Shown: piece after piece, positions 12,930 through 27,035 of the stretch
How the letters are laid out: every line of letters begins with the position of its first letter
How positions within the stretch are numbered: the first letter of the stretch is position 1
DNA from: the human T2T-CHM13v2.0 reference genome, Homo sapiens
Direction: 5' to 3' (one strand)
DNA length: 64,000 bases
NCBI RefSeq assembly: GCF_009914755.1
Contig: NC_060947.1
Position numbers and translations under genes: made by a program
Notes under the pieces: generated by a model
Told to the model about the DNA's origin: nothing
The model's database searches: none
The model's input: the letters and a program-made list of their open reading frames with translations, nothing else

Positions 12930-13520
12930 ACAAGCATTTGACAGAGACCCAGTTGGACACTTTATAGAAAGGGTACTTGAGCTCACAGGTTTGGAGAAAG
13001 CACAGAACAGCTGGGCCTTAGGAAGTACAAGGTAACCTCTGCAACCTTGGTGTTGGCCTTAGGGACTAAAACTAGAGGCTCAAAAACTGTCGGGACCTTC
13101 TCTTCTTGTCTTTGCTTTTCCCTCTGTGTTGGCTTCATTCTCTTCTGTTGAAGGCAGGATTCTCCGTATGGTGCTAGACATGGCTGCTGCTAGCTCCGAG
13201 CTCACATCCTCAAGGCACTTTGACCAGAGAAGAAGGGGTTCTTCCTTGCCAGCTCCAGTCCAAGAAAACCTGGGGAAGAGCTCTGATTGGTTTGTCTTGA
13301 GTCATGTGACTAGCGCCAGAGTAATCACTATGGCCAGGCGGGTGGGGTCCTATCCATGGCCAGTTTTGGAGCAAGTGTTCACTTCTCAGCCAATTACTAT
13401 GGCCATGGATGTAAACTCATGTGAAAAGGATGGTAGCTGTGATTTTGACCACATGCTTAGGGCTGGAGAGGAGGAACAGCAGTTCACCAAAAGAAGGGAG
13501 AGGAGAGGCAGCACAGACAG
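12930..13520 (-). mobile_element. LTR33/MLT1-type ERVL LTR
   Basis: ctctgtgttggcttcattctc, atggctgctgctagctcc, ctctgattggtttgtcttgagtcatgtg, aatcactatggccagg. Confidence 0.65.
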
Positions 13521-13689
13521 GGCTACTGGGGTATCTTTGTGAACCAAGTGATCACCCCGATTTGTGTTTTTCCATAATACTCACACGGAAACAGGAGGTA
13601 TTGAGAAAACAGTGCACATCTTTTCAGTATTGCCACTTGCCTTTCCCTCCTCATTGTCTGTTCTACTTCCCATCCCTGCCACCAAATGG

Positions 13690-14065
13690 TATACTCCAGC
13701 TATACTAAAATTACTTGAATTCTTTAGAAGTACTGTTCTTTCTGTTGTTCCCTCAGCTTTGCTTCATTGTTCAGGATTCATTTTGGGTGGCACTTTCTTT
13801 GGAAAAACTTGATTGCCCCAACTATCTACCCTCACTTTCAAATCTCGGTTATGTGCCCCTTTTATATGCTCTTATTTTACTCTGTACTTCCTTTCATATT
13901 TTGTAATTGCTTTGTTATTTCTATGTCTCTCCCACTGGAATGTAAGCTTCACGAAGGCAAGGACTTTGTCTTTCTCAATTACTACATCATCTCTAATACC
14001 TAGTGATGTGTCAGGCTCATTGTTGATTTTCACTAGATATTTGTTGAATGAAATAATAAAGGAAT
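13690..14065 (+). mobile_element. L2 3' end
   Basis: cccactggaatgtaagcttcacgaaggcaaggactttgtc ... atatttgttgaatgaa. Confidence 0.8.
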
Positions 14066-14684
14066 GACAGTTTCGAGTCTCAAATGGCAGGGCCAAATAC
14101 CCGGAAAAGATCCCGGAAGCAAATAAGAAAGAAAATGATCTTCTTTCAGATGTCTTTTCTTAGATAAAGGAAGGGAGGAAGGGAAGGAGAAAAGAAGAGA
14201 GGAAGGAAAGAAAGTGTTCATTTATTATTTTTTTTGAAGAAAACCACAGCCAGAGAAGAAAGTGTTTAGATAAATATAGCTTATTGTAACATTTCAATAA
14301 AGTCAAAGATATTTGCTTTGCACTTAGAACTTTCTATTTCTTTTAGTTTTCACACTAAGTAATGAGTTACATGTAATTAAAAAGGTTAAACAATTTTTTA
14401 CTTTCTTGATAAATTATTAATCAATTAACAATACATTTTCCTAACGAAATAATTATATCACTGTTAGAAAATGAGCCTGCAGGTGAATTGTATTATAACC
14501 CTTCTCTTAGTTTTCCACATTTGAAAAAAGCTTATGTGTTGGGTCTAAATCAGCCTAGGTACCAGTGTTTATCTGGTGGCAGTTGATCGAAATGTTTAAG
14601 ATGACAATGTAATGAAGTGTGGTCCACAGACTATCTCTGTCAAGGGTGAGAAGAAGCTTATTACCATGCTGGTACCAGTACCAT

Positions 14685-14782
14685 GCAGACACTGGATCAG
14701 AAACTCTGAGGATGGGATAGCAATTTGTATGCAAAAAGGCCTCCAGGTGATTCTGGTACACATTCAAGTTTGAGGATCATTG
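14685..14782. mobile_element. MER5A-like hAT-Charlie MITE half
   Basis: atcagaaactctgaggatggg ... ctccaggtgattctggtacacattcaagtttgaggatcattg. Confidence 0.7.
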
Positions 14783-15151
14783 ACAGTAAAATAGCTGCCA
14801 TGGGGTAATCATTGTGCCTTTTTACAAGTTAAGAGACAGAATTGTCAGATACAAGACCTCTGGTGATCATTTTCATGAATGTGTTGGGATGATACAAATT
14901 TCGATGGACTGACAAATGTTTGGTATTTGCTTGCAGGATGCTACAAACACCCGTGCACCTCCATGCTTGGGTTGCTCAGTATTCTGGGTAACCCCTTCAT
15001 AGGATTTGTACAATTTCACATAAGTAAGGTATGGTGCTGGAGTGTTGGTGTGTCTAAATGTGCAAAATAATTTGAAAAGAAAAAGTTCCACACACTTCTA
15101 TAATAGCCCGGTTGAAAATCCCTGATTGTTTGGCTGAGTTTAGCATTCTTT

Positions 15152-15637
15152 TTTTTTTTAATTTAGCTTTTATTTTAAGTTCAGGGGTAACTGTAGAGGT
15201 TTGTTACATAGGTAAACTCATGTCACACAGGTTTGTTGTACAGATTATTTTGTCACTCAGGTATTAAGCCTAGTACCCATTAGTTATTTTGCCTGATCTT
15301 CTCCCTCCTCCTGCCCTCCACCCTCTGATAGGCCAAAGTGTGTGTTGTTCACCTCTATGTGTCCATGTATTCTCATCATTTAGCTGCCACGTATAAGTGA
15401 GAACATGTGGTATTTGGTTTTCTGGTCCTGTATTAGATTGCTAGGGATAATGGCCTCCAGCTCTATCTATGTCCCTGCAAAGGACATGATCTCATTCTTT
15501 TCTATGACTGCATATTATTCCATGTTGTATATGTACCACATTTTCTTTATTCAGTCTACCATTGATGGGGATTTAGGTTGATTCCATGTCTTTGCTATTG
15601 TGAATAGTGCTGCAATGAGCATATGTGTGCATCTGTC
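15152..15637 (-). mobile_element. L1PA13-16-type 3' fragment
   Basis: ttttaagttcaggggta ... ggtttgttgtacagattattttgtcac; TSD agcattcttt at 15142-15151 and 15640-15649. Confidence 0.9.
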
Positions 15638-16074
15638 AAAGCATTCTTTAGAAAGCTAGATGACATGTGTAGTAGACAAAGGCTTTGTTTCCAAAAAAAT
15701 CTCCATGGCTAGGTTCATGCCAAGCTCAGGTACTATTGTTGGAAGGAAACATAATGTGGTTATTCTAAAAGATGCCTTTTGCCAAGAAGCCTCTTGGTTA
15801 CTTCTTGGTTCCTGAATTTCCATTTATTTGCTTGGCTCTTAATGGAAACATTTCAAGTCTAGTTTAATTTAAAGCCTAGTACTGTTGTTGCTGATACTAA
15901 AATTCAGCTGGGGAAAGATCAAATGATACTTTGTGAAGCTCTCCTGTGATACTCTTTGAAGCATTCTGGAGATCTCTCAGGATCTTTTAGGATTAAGGAC
16001 AAGTGGTAGGAAGAAATGGTAGGACATTCTAATAAATGGTAATAATAAAATCGCCCTCTGCTGTGCCTCTCTGT

Positions 16075-16280
16075 GAAGCAGCATTTTCTAAACTCTGCTC
16101 TGTAGGTGTTCCACAAAATGTGATTCTACTAAAAATGTGTTCTATGGTTAAATAAGTTTGTGATGCTGCATACTACAAAGCTCTTTTAGAGATTCATTAT
16201 TCATGTAAAGTTTCTGTTAAATCCTACCATAAAGTCATCTGTTTAACTCTGTGTAATGTTTCCCCCCAACTTATTGAGCC
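16075..16280. mobile_element. Possible old hAT-Charlie DNA transposon fragment
   Basis: gttctatggttaaataagtttg ... tgtttccccccaacttattgag resembles MER103-type ends. Confidence 0.35.
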
Positions 16281-16719
16281 CCTGTCAGCTGACCAGCTTC
16301 TTCAAATGGGAAAAAAAGTACCAGAGGATCAACTAACCCAGACAGGCTTATTGAGCTTTATGTAGTTTTGTTTTAGACATATGCATCAGGAGGCAGTGGT
16401 TGAGCTGGGCAGCTTCCTCTCTTAGTTTATAAGCTGTAACCACAGAATATTCCTTAGCCATTGAGGCCAGCTTGAAGGATATCACATTACCCACAGACAT
16501 GGCCTTGATTTCCAAAGTATCCTTGTGGTCAATAATACCTAACTTTTGTAGAACTTTAAAAGTACTCTGTTATATATACTCTTATCAATTATTATTTAAG
16601 GAAAGTATTATCATTTCAGTTTTAGAGGCCTAAAGAGGTTAAGTACCTGTCCAAGGATAGTAAACATGACTGGGAGTTAAAGTTTCCAGAATTAAGGTTT
16701 TACTTCAACATAGTACTGC

Positions 16720-16722
<3 letters not shown>

Positions 16723-16766
<44 letters not shown>

Positions 16767-16810
16767 ATATTATATATATATATATCTATATATATATATA
16801 TATATATATA
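16723..16810. repeat. (TA)n(TG)n(TA)n microsatellite
   Basis: Direct reading. Confidence 0.95.
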
Positions 16811-16980
16811 TCTGTCTGTCTGGTTATATATGTAGAATTCTTTCTGTTGCATCATGCTTTTTATACTATGCTCTGGCAGAGCCCTAGGGGTTCTCAGAGG
16901 TTCCCCTTAGGGGCCCCCCAAGAGGGCATGATGAATGGGGAGCCAAGAGAGATTGGGGGAGAAACTTCTATTTGAAATCA

Positions 16981-17354
<374 letters not shown>

Positions 17355-17385
17355 AAACAGAGTAGGTTTGAGAATAAATTTCTTT

Positions 17386-17397
17386 TCTTTTTCTTTC

Positions 17398-17429
<32 letters not shown>

Positions 17430-17718
17430 TTTTTTTTGAGACAGTGTCTTGCTCTGTCATCCAGGCTGGAGTGCCGTGACACAATCTTGGCTCATTGCAA
17501 CCTCCACCTCCGAGGCTCAGGTGATTCTCCCACCTCTGCTTCCTGAGTAGCTGGGACCACAGGCACATGCCACCACACCCAGCTAATTTTTGTACTTTTA
17601 ATAGAGACGGGGTTTCATCATGTTGCCCAAGCTGGTCTTGAACTCCTGGACTGAAGCGATCTGCCCACCTCAGCCACCCAAAGTGTTGGGATTATAGGCA
17701 TGAGCCACCGCACCCAGC
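17386..17718 (-). mobile_element. AluJ
   Basis: ctcctggactgaagcgatc and caggtgattctcccacctc J-type diagnostics; TSD agaataaatttcttt at 17371-17385 and 17722-17736. Confidence 0.93.
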
Positions 17719-18376
17719 TTTAGAATAAATTTCTTTGGAGGAAAGTGTTCCTAAGAAAATTTGTAAACTGGCTGAAAGATTAATTTTCTAGTTTCTGAGG
17801 AGAGTAAGGCAGGTACTTTCTCCAGATGAATAGATCTTTACATAGACGCAGACTGCCGGACTATGGATATAAACCTAAACAAGCTTTAAGGCCATTTCTA
17901 GTTCCTCAAGAGACGTAGTGGATAAGAAAGGGGGGCTCTCTAGGCAAAGAGGGATGTTAAAGGTTATGGTTTCTCACCACTCCAGGCAAAGTTTAGGGCA
18001 GTTTGGTAGAGGAGAAGGAGCTGGATCTTTCTTCTCTGTCTATAAAGTCGACAGCATTTCTTATCAGTATGTTTTAGCAGATTCAGGAGCAATAGAACTG
18101 GTTGGGTTGGGTTTGTCTTAGGTAGTCCTAGAGAAAGTTCAGCTTCTGCCCAATCTTCCCCACAACTGCTATTATAGACCAAATAGGCGTGGTCTGGGAG
18201 TAGCCCAACAGCAGTAGCCTGGAGGACTGATTGTATGGAGGGCATGACCAGGTATTTTAGGGGCAGGGCTGCCGAGGTATTCAGGGACTAGGCACCTCAT
18301 GCAAAATTAATTCTCTAAAAGACAAATTGCTGAAAACTGACTAGACAGTTTTCTTTTGCACATAGCATTGGTACCT

Positions 18377-18756
18377 TTGATGGTCAATTTTATGTGTCAA
18401 CTCGGTATTTGTTCAGCTGTTTGGTCAAATACCAGTTTACATGTTGCTGTGAAGGTGTTTTGTAGCTGTGATTAATGGCTATAATCACTTGACTTTAAAT
18501 AAAGCCGATTACCCCCCACAGTGTGGGCTGGCCTCATCCAATCAGTTCAATGTCTTATGAGCAGAAACAGAGGTTTCCTCAAGAGGAAGGCATTCAGCTT
18601 CAGGACTGTGACATAGAAATTCTGCAGGCCTTCCCTGTAGATTTTGGACCTGCCAGCCTCCACAGTTGTGTGAGCCAATTCCTTAAAATAAATCTCTTAA
18701 TGTACATATACATATATCCTGTTGGTTCTGTTGATTTGGAGAACCCTCACTGATAC
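18377..18756 (+). mobile_element. MLT2 (ERVL) solo LTR
   Basis: tgatggtcaattttatgtgtcaact start; gtgtgagccaattccttaaaataaatctc ... ggagaaccctcactgatac end. Confidence 0.85.
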
Positions 18757-18915
18757 TGTATCTAAATTCATTTAGCTGCTTAGCTCCCACTTAGAAGTGA
18801 AAACATATGATGTTTGGTTTTCCATTTCCGAGTTACTTCACTTAGAATAATAGTTTTCAATTCCATTCAGGTTGCTGTGAGTGCCATTATTTCATTCCTT
18901 TTTATGACTGAGTAG

Positions 18916-19318
<403 letters not shown>

Positions 19319-19507
19319 ATGACATTTTCTTTGTCCACTCATTGATCGATGGGCATTTGGGCTGGTTGCATATTTTTGCAATTGAAAATTGTGCTGCTAT
19401 AAACATGTGTGTGCAAGTATTTTTTTCATATAATGACTTCTTTTCCTCTGGGTAGATACCTAGTCATGGGATTGCTGGATCAAATGGTAGATCTACTTTT
19501 AGTTTTT

Positions 19508-20620
19508 TGTTGCAGGAAGTCAGGGACCCCGAACGGAGGGACCGGCTGGAGCCGTGGCAGAGGAACATAAATTGTGAAGATTTCATTTTAATATGGACAC
19601 CTATCAGTTCCCAAAATTAAAACTTTTATAGTTTCTTACACCTGTCTTTACTGCAATCTCTGAACATAAATTGTGAAGATTTCATGGACATTTATCAGTT
19701 CCCAAATAATACTCTTATAATTTCTTATACCTGCCTTTACTTTAATCTCTTAATCCCGTTATCTTCGTAAGCTGAGAATGTACATCACCTCAGGACCACT
19801 GTTGTACAAATTGATTGTAAAACATGTGTGTTTGAACAATATGAAATCAGTGCACCTTGAAAAAAAACAGAATAACAGCGATTTTCAGGAAACAAGGGAA
19901 GACAACCATAAGGTCTGACTGCCTGTGGGGTCGGGCAGAATAGAGCCATATTTTTCTTCTTGCAGAGAGCCTATAAACGGACGTGCAAGTAGGGAAGATA
20001 CTGAATTCTTTTCCTAGCAAGGAATATTAATAATTAAGATACTGAGAAAGGAATGCATTCCTGGCGGGGGAGGGGGGCATCTATAAACGGCCGCTCTGGG
20101 AGTGTCTGTCTTATGTGGTTGAGATAAGGACTGAAATTTGCCCTGGTCTCCTGCAGTACCCTCAGGCTTAGTAGGGTAGGGAAAAAAAAACCCACCCTGG
20201 TGAATTTGAGGTCAGACCAATTCTCTGCTCTCGAACCCTGTTTTCTGTTGTTTAAGATGTTTATCAAGACAATACGTGCACAGCCGAACATAGACCCTCA
20301 TCATTAATTCTAATTTTGCCCTTTGCCTTGTGATCTTTGCTTTGCCCTTTGCCTTCTGATCTTTTTGCCCTTTGAAGCATGTGATCTTTATGACCTACTC
20401 CTTGTTCTTGCACCCCCTCCCCTTTTGAAGTCCTTAATAAAAACCTGCTGGTTTTGTGGCTCAGGGGCATCATGGTCCTACCGATATGTGATGTCATCCC
20501 TGGAGGCCCAGCTGTGAAATTCCTCTCTTTGTACTCTTTCTCTTTATTTCTCAGCCAGCTGACACTTAGGGAAAATAGAAAGAACCTATGTTGAAATATT
20601 GCGGGTGGGTTCCCCTGATA
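19508..20620 (+). mobile_element. MER11 solo LTR (HERV-K11/HML-8)
   Basis: Starts tgttgcaggaagtcagggaccccgaacggagggaccggctg, ends ggttcccctgata; 6-bp TSD gttttt/gttctt; internal repeat of acataaattgtgaagatttcat. Confidence 0.9.
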
Positions 20621-21337
20621 GTTCTTTAAGGAATCTCCACAGTATTTTCCACACACAAAGGCATAAGAATGATACATTGGAGTTTGGGGACTTGGGGGAA
20701 AGGGAGGGATGGGGGTGAAGGATAACAGACTACACATTGGGTATAGTTTACACTGCTTGGGTGAGGGGTGCACCAAAATCTCAGAAATAACCACTAAAGA
20801 ACTTATTCATGTAACCAAACACCACTTGCTCCTTAAAAACCTATTGAAATAGAAAATAAATTTAGAAATACAAAAAGAAAAGAAATTAAAAATAAATAAA
20901 TAAAATTTGGCCACTAGAAAATTTAAAAAAATATATATTTTCAATTGGTGGTTGGTTGAATCCAAAAAAGTAAAATAAATTTGAGCTGCTGTCATGCAGT
21001 CGGCTTGCATCAGCTAGCTCTATATCTAAGACTTTAAATACTCTAGGGAAAACAGTCTGGTGATGAGAGAGTTTCCTTGTAACATGGTTTTTGTTTGGAA
21101 AGGCATGCATTCCTCTTGAAGGGGATTTTCCAAGGGATCCCTACCAAACACCACTCTTACATTCTTATATTGGAGAGACCAAACAATAGCATTTGCCACT
21201 CCCAACCCTGATCTGGCACAGTTTCCCTAGTCCAATTCAGGAGAAAATGTCCCAGAATTTCCAGAGGATTATCGAATACTTTTCTGGGGACTGACAGAGC
21301 AACTTGCTCTACCAACATTATATGTATACTGCTTTTT

Positions 21338-21862
21338 TTTTTTTTTTTTTTGAGACAGGGTTTCACCATGTTGGCCAGGATGGTCTCCATCTCTTGACCT
21401 CATGATCCGCCCTCCTTGGCCACCCAAAGTGCTGGGATTACAGGTGTGAGCCACCATGCCTGGCCAATTTTTGTGTTTTTAGTAGAGACGGGGTTTCATC
21501 ATGTTGGCCAGGTTGGTCTCAATCTCTTGACCTCATGATCCACGCTCCTTGGCCTCCCAAAGTGCTGGGATTACAGGCGTGAGCCACCATGCCTGGCCAA
21601 TTTTTGTGTTTTTAGTAGAGACGGGGTTTCACCATGTTGGCCAGGGTGATCTTGATCTCTTGACCTTGTGATCCACCCTCCTCGGCCTCCCAAAGTGCTG
21701 GGATTACAGGCGTGAGCCACTGCACCTGGCCAATTTTTGTGTTTTTAGTAGAGACAGGGTTTTGTCATGTTGCCCAAGCTGGTCTTGAAGTCCTGACCTC
21801 GTGATCCACCCACCTCAGCCTCCCAAAGTGCTGGGATTGCAGGTGTGAGCCACCGCACCCCC
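21338..21862 (-). mobile_element. Tandem array of four Alu left monomers (133-bp period) with one poly(A) tail
   Basis: Unit boundaries 21465/21466, 21598/21599, 21731/21732; TSD a(t/c)gtatactgcttttt at 21322-21337 and 21863-21878. Confidence 0.9.
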
Positions 21863-21932
21863 ACGTATACTGCTTTTTACTGTATTTCACAGTGCTCTCA
21901 GAAACACTGTCTTGATGAACCTTTGACATAGG

Positions 21933-22676
21933 TATGGCAGAGGCTACTTTGTTTTTTCACACCAGTTTCCTCTTTCTTCCCCAATAAAGACCTTCAATAT
22001 TTTGCTGAGTTAATTGCCATCCAGTAAAAAGACTACTAGTTCTCTGTGAAGCTAGGTGACGTCTAGCTTGTTTTGGCAGTATAGCATTGTGGTTAGGTAC
22101 ACATATTCTGGAATCAGGCTATGTAGGTTGCATTCAGATCTCTGCTTCATCCTTTACTGGCTGTAAATTTACTTCTCTATGCCTTCGTTTCTGCATCTGT
22201 AAAATTATATAATAATTGTACCTGTTGTATTGAGTTTCTCTGAAAAATAAATGAGTTTATATTTGTAAAGCTTTCAAACCAGAGCCTAGCACATAGTAAA
22301 GGCTATAGAAATTCTAACTATTATTTTTACTTTGGCCAACAAGATGAAAGTGTTGTGTGGGATACATAGCGAGTTTTGTTAAAGGGAAGGGGCAGGTCCA
22401 TCTGCTCCTTTGTACTTAATCATAGGTGAAATGGGGTTGAAGCTTGAATAGCCATGTTAGCCACAAGATGAGGCAACAAGCTAAGAAGGAAGAGCAAGAT
22501 AGAGCCTAGGCCTCTGATGACTGATGGCTGTGGAGGTGCCACAACAATTCTGGACTCTGTATCTATCTCCAGACTTCTTTTCATGAGAAAGAAAAGAAAC
22601 TTCCATTTTGTTTAAGACACTGTTGTTGTTATTACTTTCTGTGGTTAAATGCAGCCAAACTTAATCTTAACTGATT
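21933..22676 (+). mobile_element. MLT1 (MaLR) LTR interrupted by a MIR
   Basis: ctccagacttcttttcatgagaaagaaaagaaacttccattttgtttaagacactg ... gcagccaaacttaatcttaactgat 3' end. Confidence 0.65.
22076..22326 (+). mobile_element. MIR, near full length
   Basis: gcagtatagcattgtggttag ... tttctgcatctgtaaaat ... gcctagcacatagtaa. Confidence 0.8.
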
Positions 22677-23316
22677 TAATAAGTATGGAGGAGGCGCTAC
22701 CTGCTTTTTATAGTTGAGAGATTAAGTATGGTCATCCAGTAAGAGTCATAATGTTGGATTGAGGGGAAAACAGTGGTTTCAATAACCCTTATATAGTCTA
22801 GCTTGTGACCTGGTATGAGGGAAATCTGCCAGATCTACATGTGGAGAGAGGCATTCATTTTCATCGTAGTTCTCTCCTCACGCCCTTCCCCTAACCTGAG
22901 CAGAGATGCTTAGCTATTAGCTATCTTTTCCCCCAGTGTGGACATCAAAAAAAGACTGGGACCACATTGATAATTGTGTTTAAGAGGCAGTTAGAGCCCT
23001 TTGTTTTCCGAGGCAAACTTTTCTAGACTCATCAAGGTGTTATATCTATTTCCATCCTTCTTCCTGGAATCTCCCTTCCCCAATTCCCACTGCACATTGA
23101 GTCTAGTCAATGCTGTCAGGTCCAACCAAAGACCCATCTTTTTTAGACAACCTTCTCTGATTATTCTAGTTCCTTCTCAATGGCTTGTTTAAAGTTCTAG
23201 CAACGGATCCAGTTCCAAGATGGCTGAATAGGAACAGCTCCAGTCTACAGCTCCCAGCGTGAGCCATGCAGAAGACAGGTGATTTCTGCATTTCCAACTG
23301 AGGTACTGGGTTCATC

Positions 23317-23643
23317 TCACTGGGGCTTTTCAGACAGTGGGTTCAGCCCATAGAGTGTGAGCCGAAGCAGGGTGGGACATCGCCTCACCCAGGAAGCACA
23401 AGGGGTCAAGGAATTACCTTTCCTAGCCAAGGGAAGCCATGACAGATGGTACCTGGAAAATCGGGACACTCCCACCCTAATATTGCACTTTTCCAACGGT
23501 CTTAGCAAACGGCACACCAGGAGATTATATTCTGTGCCTGGCTCAGAGGGTTCCACGCCCACGGAGCCTCACTCACTGCTAGCACGGCAGTCTGAGATCA
23601 AACTGCAAGGTGGCAGTGAGGCTGGGGGAGGAAGGTCCACCAT
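23317..23643 (-). pseudogene. L1 ORF0 (antisense) remnant, interrupted by TGA at codon 25
   Basis: ATG at 23643 gives MVDLPPPASLPPCSLISDCRASSE*, and the same frame continues VGVEPSEPG...RVGVSRFSR, matching primate ORF0. Confidence 0.8.
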
Positions 23644-25704
23644 TGCTGAGGCTTGAGCAGGTAAACAAAGTGGCTGGGAAGCTCGACTTGGGTGAAGCCC
23701 ACTGCAGCTCAAGGAGGCCTGCCTGCCTCTGTAGACTGCACCTCTGGGGGCAGGGCATAGCTGAATAAAAGGCAGCAGAAACTTCTGCAGACTTAAACGT
23801 CCCTGTCTGACAGCTTTGAAGAGAGTAGCGGTTCTCCCAGCATGGAGTTTGAGATCTGAGAACAGACAGACTGCCTCCTCAAGTGGGTCCCTGACCCTTG
23901 AGTAGTCTAACGGGGAGACATCTCCCAGTAGGGGCTGACTGACACCTCATACAGCCAGGTGCCCCTCTGAGATGAAGCTTCCAGAGGAAGGATCAGGCAG
24001 TAACATTTGCTGTTCTGTAATGTTTGCTGTTCTGCAGCCTCCGCTGGTGATACTCAGGCAAACAGGGTCTGGAGTGGACCTCCAGCAAACTCCAACAGAC
24101 CTTCAGCTGAGGGTCCTGACTGTTAGAAGGAAAACTAACAAACAGAAAGGACATCCACACCAAAACCCCATCTGTACGTCACCATCATCAAAGACCAAAA
24201 GTAGATAAAACCACAAAGATGGGGAAAAAACAGAGCAGAAAAGCTGAAAATTCTAAAAATCAGAGTGCCTCTTCCCTTCCAAAGGAACGCAGCTCCTCGC
24301 CAGCAATGGAACAAAGCTGGATGGAGGATGACTTTGATGAGTTGAGAGAAGAAGGTTTCAGACGATCGGTAATAACAAACTTCTCCAAGCTAAAGGATGA
24401 TGTTCGAACCCATTGCAAAGAAGCTAAAAACCTTGAAAAAAGATTAGACAAATGGGTAACTAGAATAAACAGCATAGAGAAGACCTTAAATGACCTGATG
24501 GAGCTGAAAACCATGGCACAAGAACTGCATGACGCATGCACAAGCTTCAGTAGCTGATTCGATCAACTGGAAGAAAGGGTATCAGTGATTGAAGATCAAA
24601 TGAATGAAATGAAGCAAGAAGAGAAGTTTAGAGAAAAAAGAGCAAAAAGAAACGAACAAAGCCTCCAAGAAATATGAGACTATGTGAAAAGACCAAATCT
24701 ACGTCTGATTGGTGTACCTGAAAGTGACGGGGAGAATGGAACCAAGTTGGAAAACACCCTGCAGGATATTATCCAGGAGAACGCCCCCAACCTCGTAAGG
24801 TAGGCCAATATTAAAATTCAGGAAATACAGAGAATGCCACAAAGATACTCCTCAAGAAGAGCAACCCAAGACACATAATTGTCAGATTCACCAAAGTTGA
24901 AATGAAGGAAAAAATGTTAAGGGCAGCCAGAGAGAAATGTCGGGTTATCCACAAAGGGAAGCCCATCAGAGTAACAGTGGATTTCTCGGCAGGAACTCTA
25001 CAAGCCAGAAGAGAGTGGGGGCCAATATTCAGCATTCTTAAAGAAAAGAATTTTCAACCCAGAACTTCATATCCAGCCAAACTAAGCTTCATAAGTGAAG
25101 GAGAAATAAAATACTTTACAGACAAGCAAATGCTGAGAGATTTTGTCATCACCAGGCCTGCCTTACAAGAGCTCCTGAAAGAAGCACTAAACATGGAAAG
25201 GAACAACCGGTACCAGCCACTGCAAAAACATGCCAAATTGCAAAGACCATGGATGCTAGGAAGAAACTGCATCAACTAATGAGCAAAATAACCAGCTAAC
25301 ATCATGACAGGATCAAATTCACACATAACAATATTAACCTTAAATGTAAATGGGCTAAATGCTCCAATTAAAAGACACAGACTGGCAAATTGGATAAAGA
25401 GTCAAGACCCATCAGTGTGCTGTATTCAGGAGACCCATCTCACGTGTAGAGACACACATAGGCTCAAAATAAAGGGATGGAGGAAGATCTACCAAGCAAA
25501 TGGAAAACAAAAAAAGAAAAGCAGGGGTTGCAATCCTAGTCTCTGATAAAACAGGCTTTAAACAAACAAAGATCAAAAGAGACAAAGAAGGCCATTACAT
25601 AATGATAAAGGGATCAATTCAACAAGAAGAGCTAACTATCCTAAATATATATGCACCCAATACAGGAGCACCCGGATTCATAAAGCAAGTCCTTAGAGAC
25701 CTAC

Positions 25705-26350
25705 TGAAATGCCTAACCTTGTTTTTACTCTAACTCGTTACTTTGAGTTTTATCCTGCTTGTCTCTTTAATCACCTAGCCTTGCTTCTCATGTAAATAAG
25801 GCTCTCTCTAGCTGAGAAAGCCGGACAAACTCCAATTGACCCCTTAATTTACAAGACACAAAGGGCTCCTTACCCAACCCCCTTCTGTAAGGAGTTGGCC
25901 TGTGTAAACAGATCCTCAGCATTTCAAAGGAGCCCAATTAACTAAGATACTAGCACCAACAATATATGAAGTTCCCAGGATTTTTCTCCAGGAGATAACA
26001 ACGTAAAACCTTGAGTTCATGTCCGGTATAGACCCTATATCTAATTATAATGAAAGATTTAAAACCTTGCACCTGGTACCATTGCTCTTTTTGTAACCAT
26101 TTGTCTTTTAAATTGTTTATCTCTCTGTAACCATTTTGCTTCTTTTGATTCTTGCATGTTTTTACTTCTGTAGAATTATTGCATTTGAGTCCCCCTCCCC
26201 TTCCTAAACCTGGGTATAAAAGTTAATCAAGCCCCTTTCTCATGGCCAAGAGAATTCTGAGCGTTAGCCATCTCGTTGGCCACCAGCTTAATAAAGGACT
26301 CTTAAATCGTCTCAAAGTGTGGCATTTCTTTAACTCGCTTGGGTACAACA
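25705..26350 (+). mobile_element. ERV1-class solo LTR (probably LTR6/HERV-T S71 type) inserted in the L1 ORF2 endonuclease domain
   Basis: TG...CA termini, 4-bp TSD ctac at 25701-25704 and 26351-26354, tataaaa and aataaa in order; family name from memory. Confidence 0.85.
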
Positions 26351-26425
26351 CTACAAAGAGACTTAGACTCCCACACAAGAATAATGGGAGACTTTAACAC
26401 CCCACTGTCAACATCAGACAGATGA

Positions 26426-26806
<381 letters not shown>

Positions 26807-26930
26807 TAGCAGAATCTCTGGGACACATTTAAAGCAGTGTGTAGAGGGAAATTTATAGCACTAGATGCCCACAAGAGAAAGCAGGAAAGATCTAAAATTG
26901 ACACCCTAACATCACAATTAAAAGAACTAG

Positions 26931-27035
<105 letters not shown>

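Noticed and set aside
21338-21862. CRISPR-like or satellite array
   Set aside because: The units are Alu left arms without unique spacers, and the DNA is eukaryotic.
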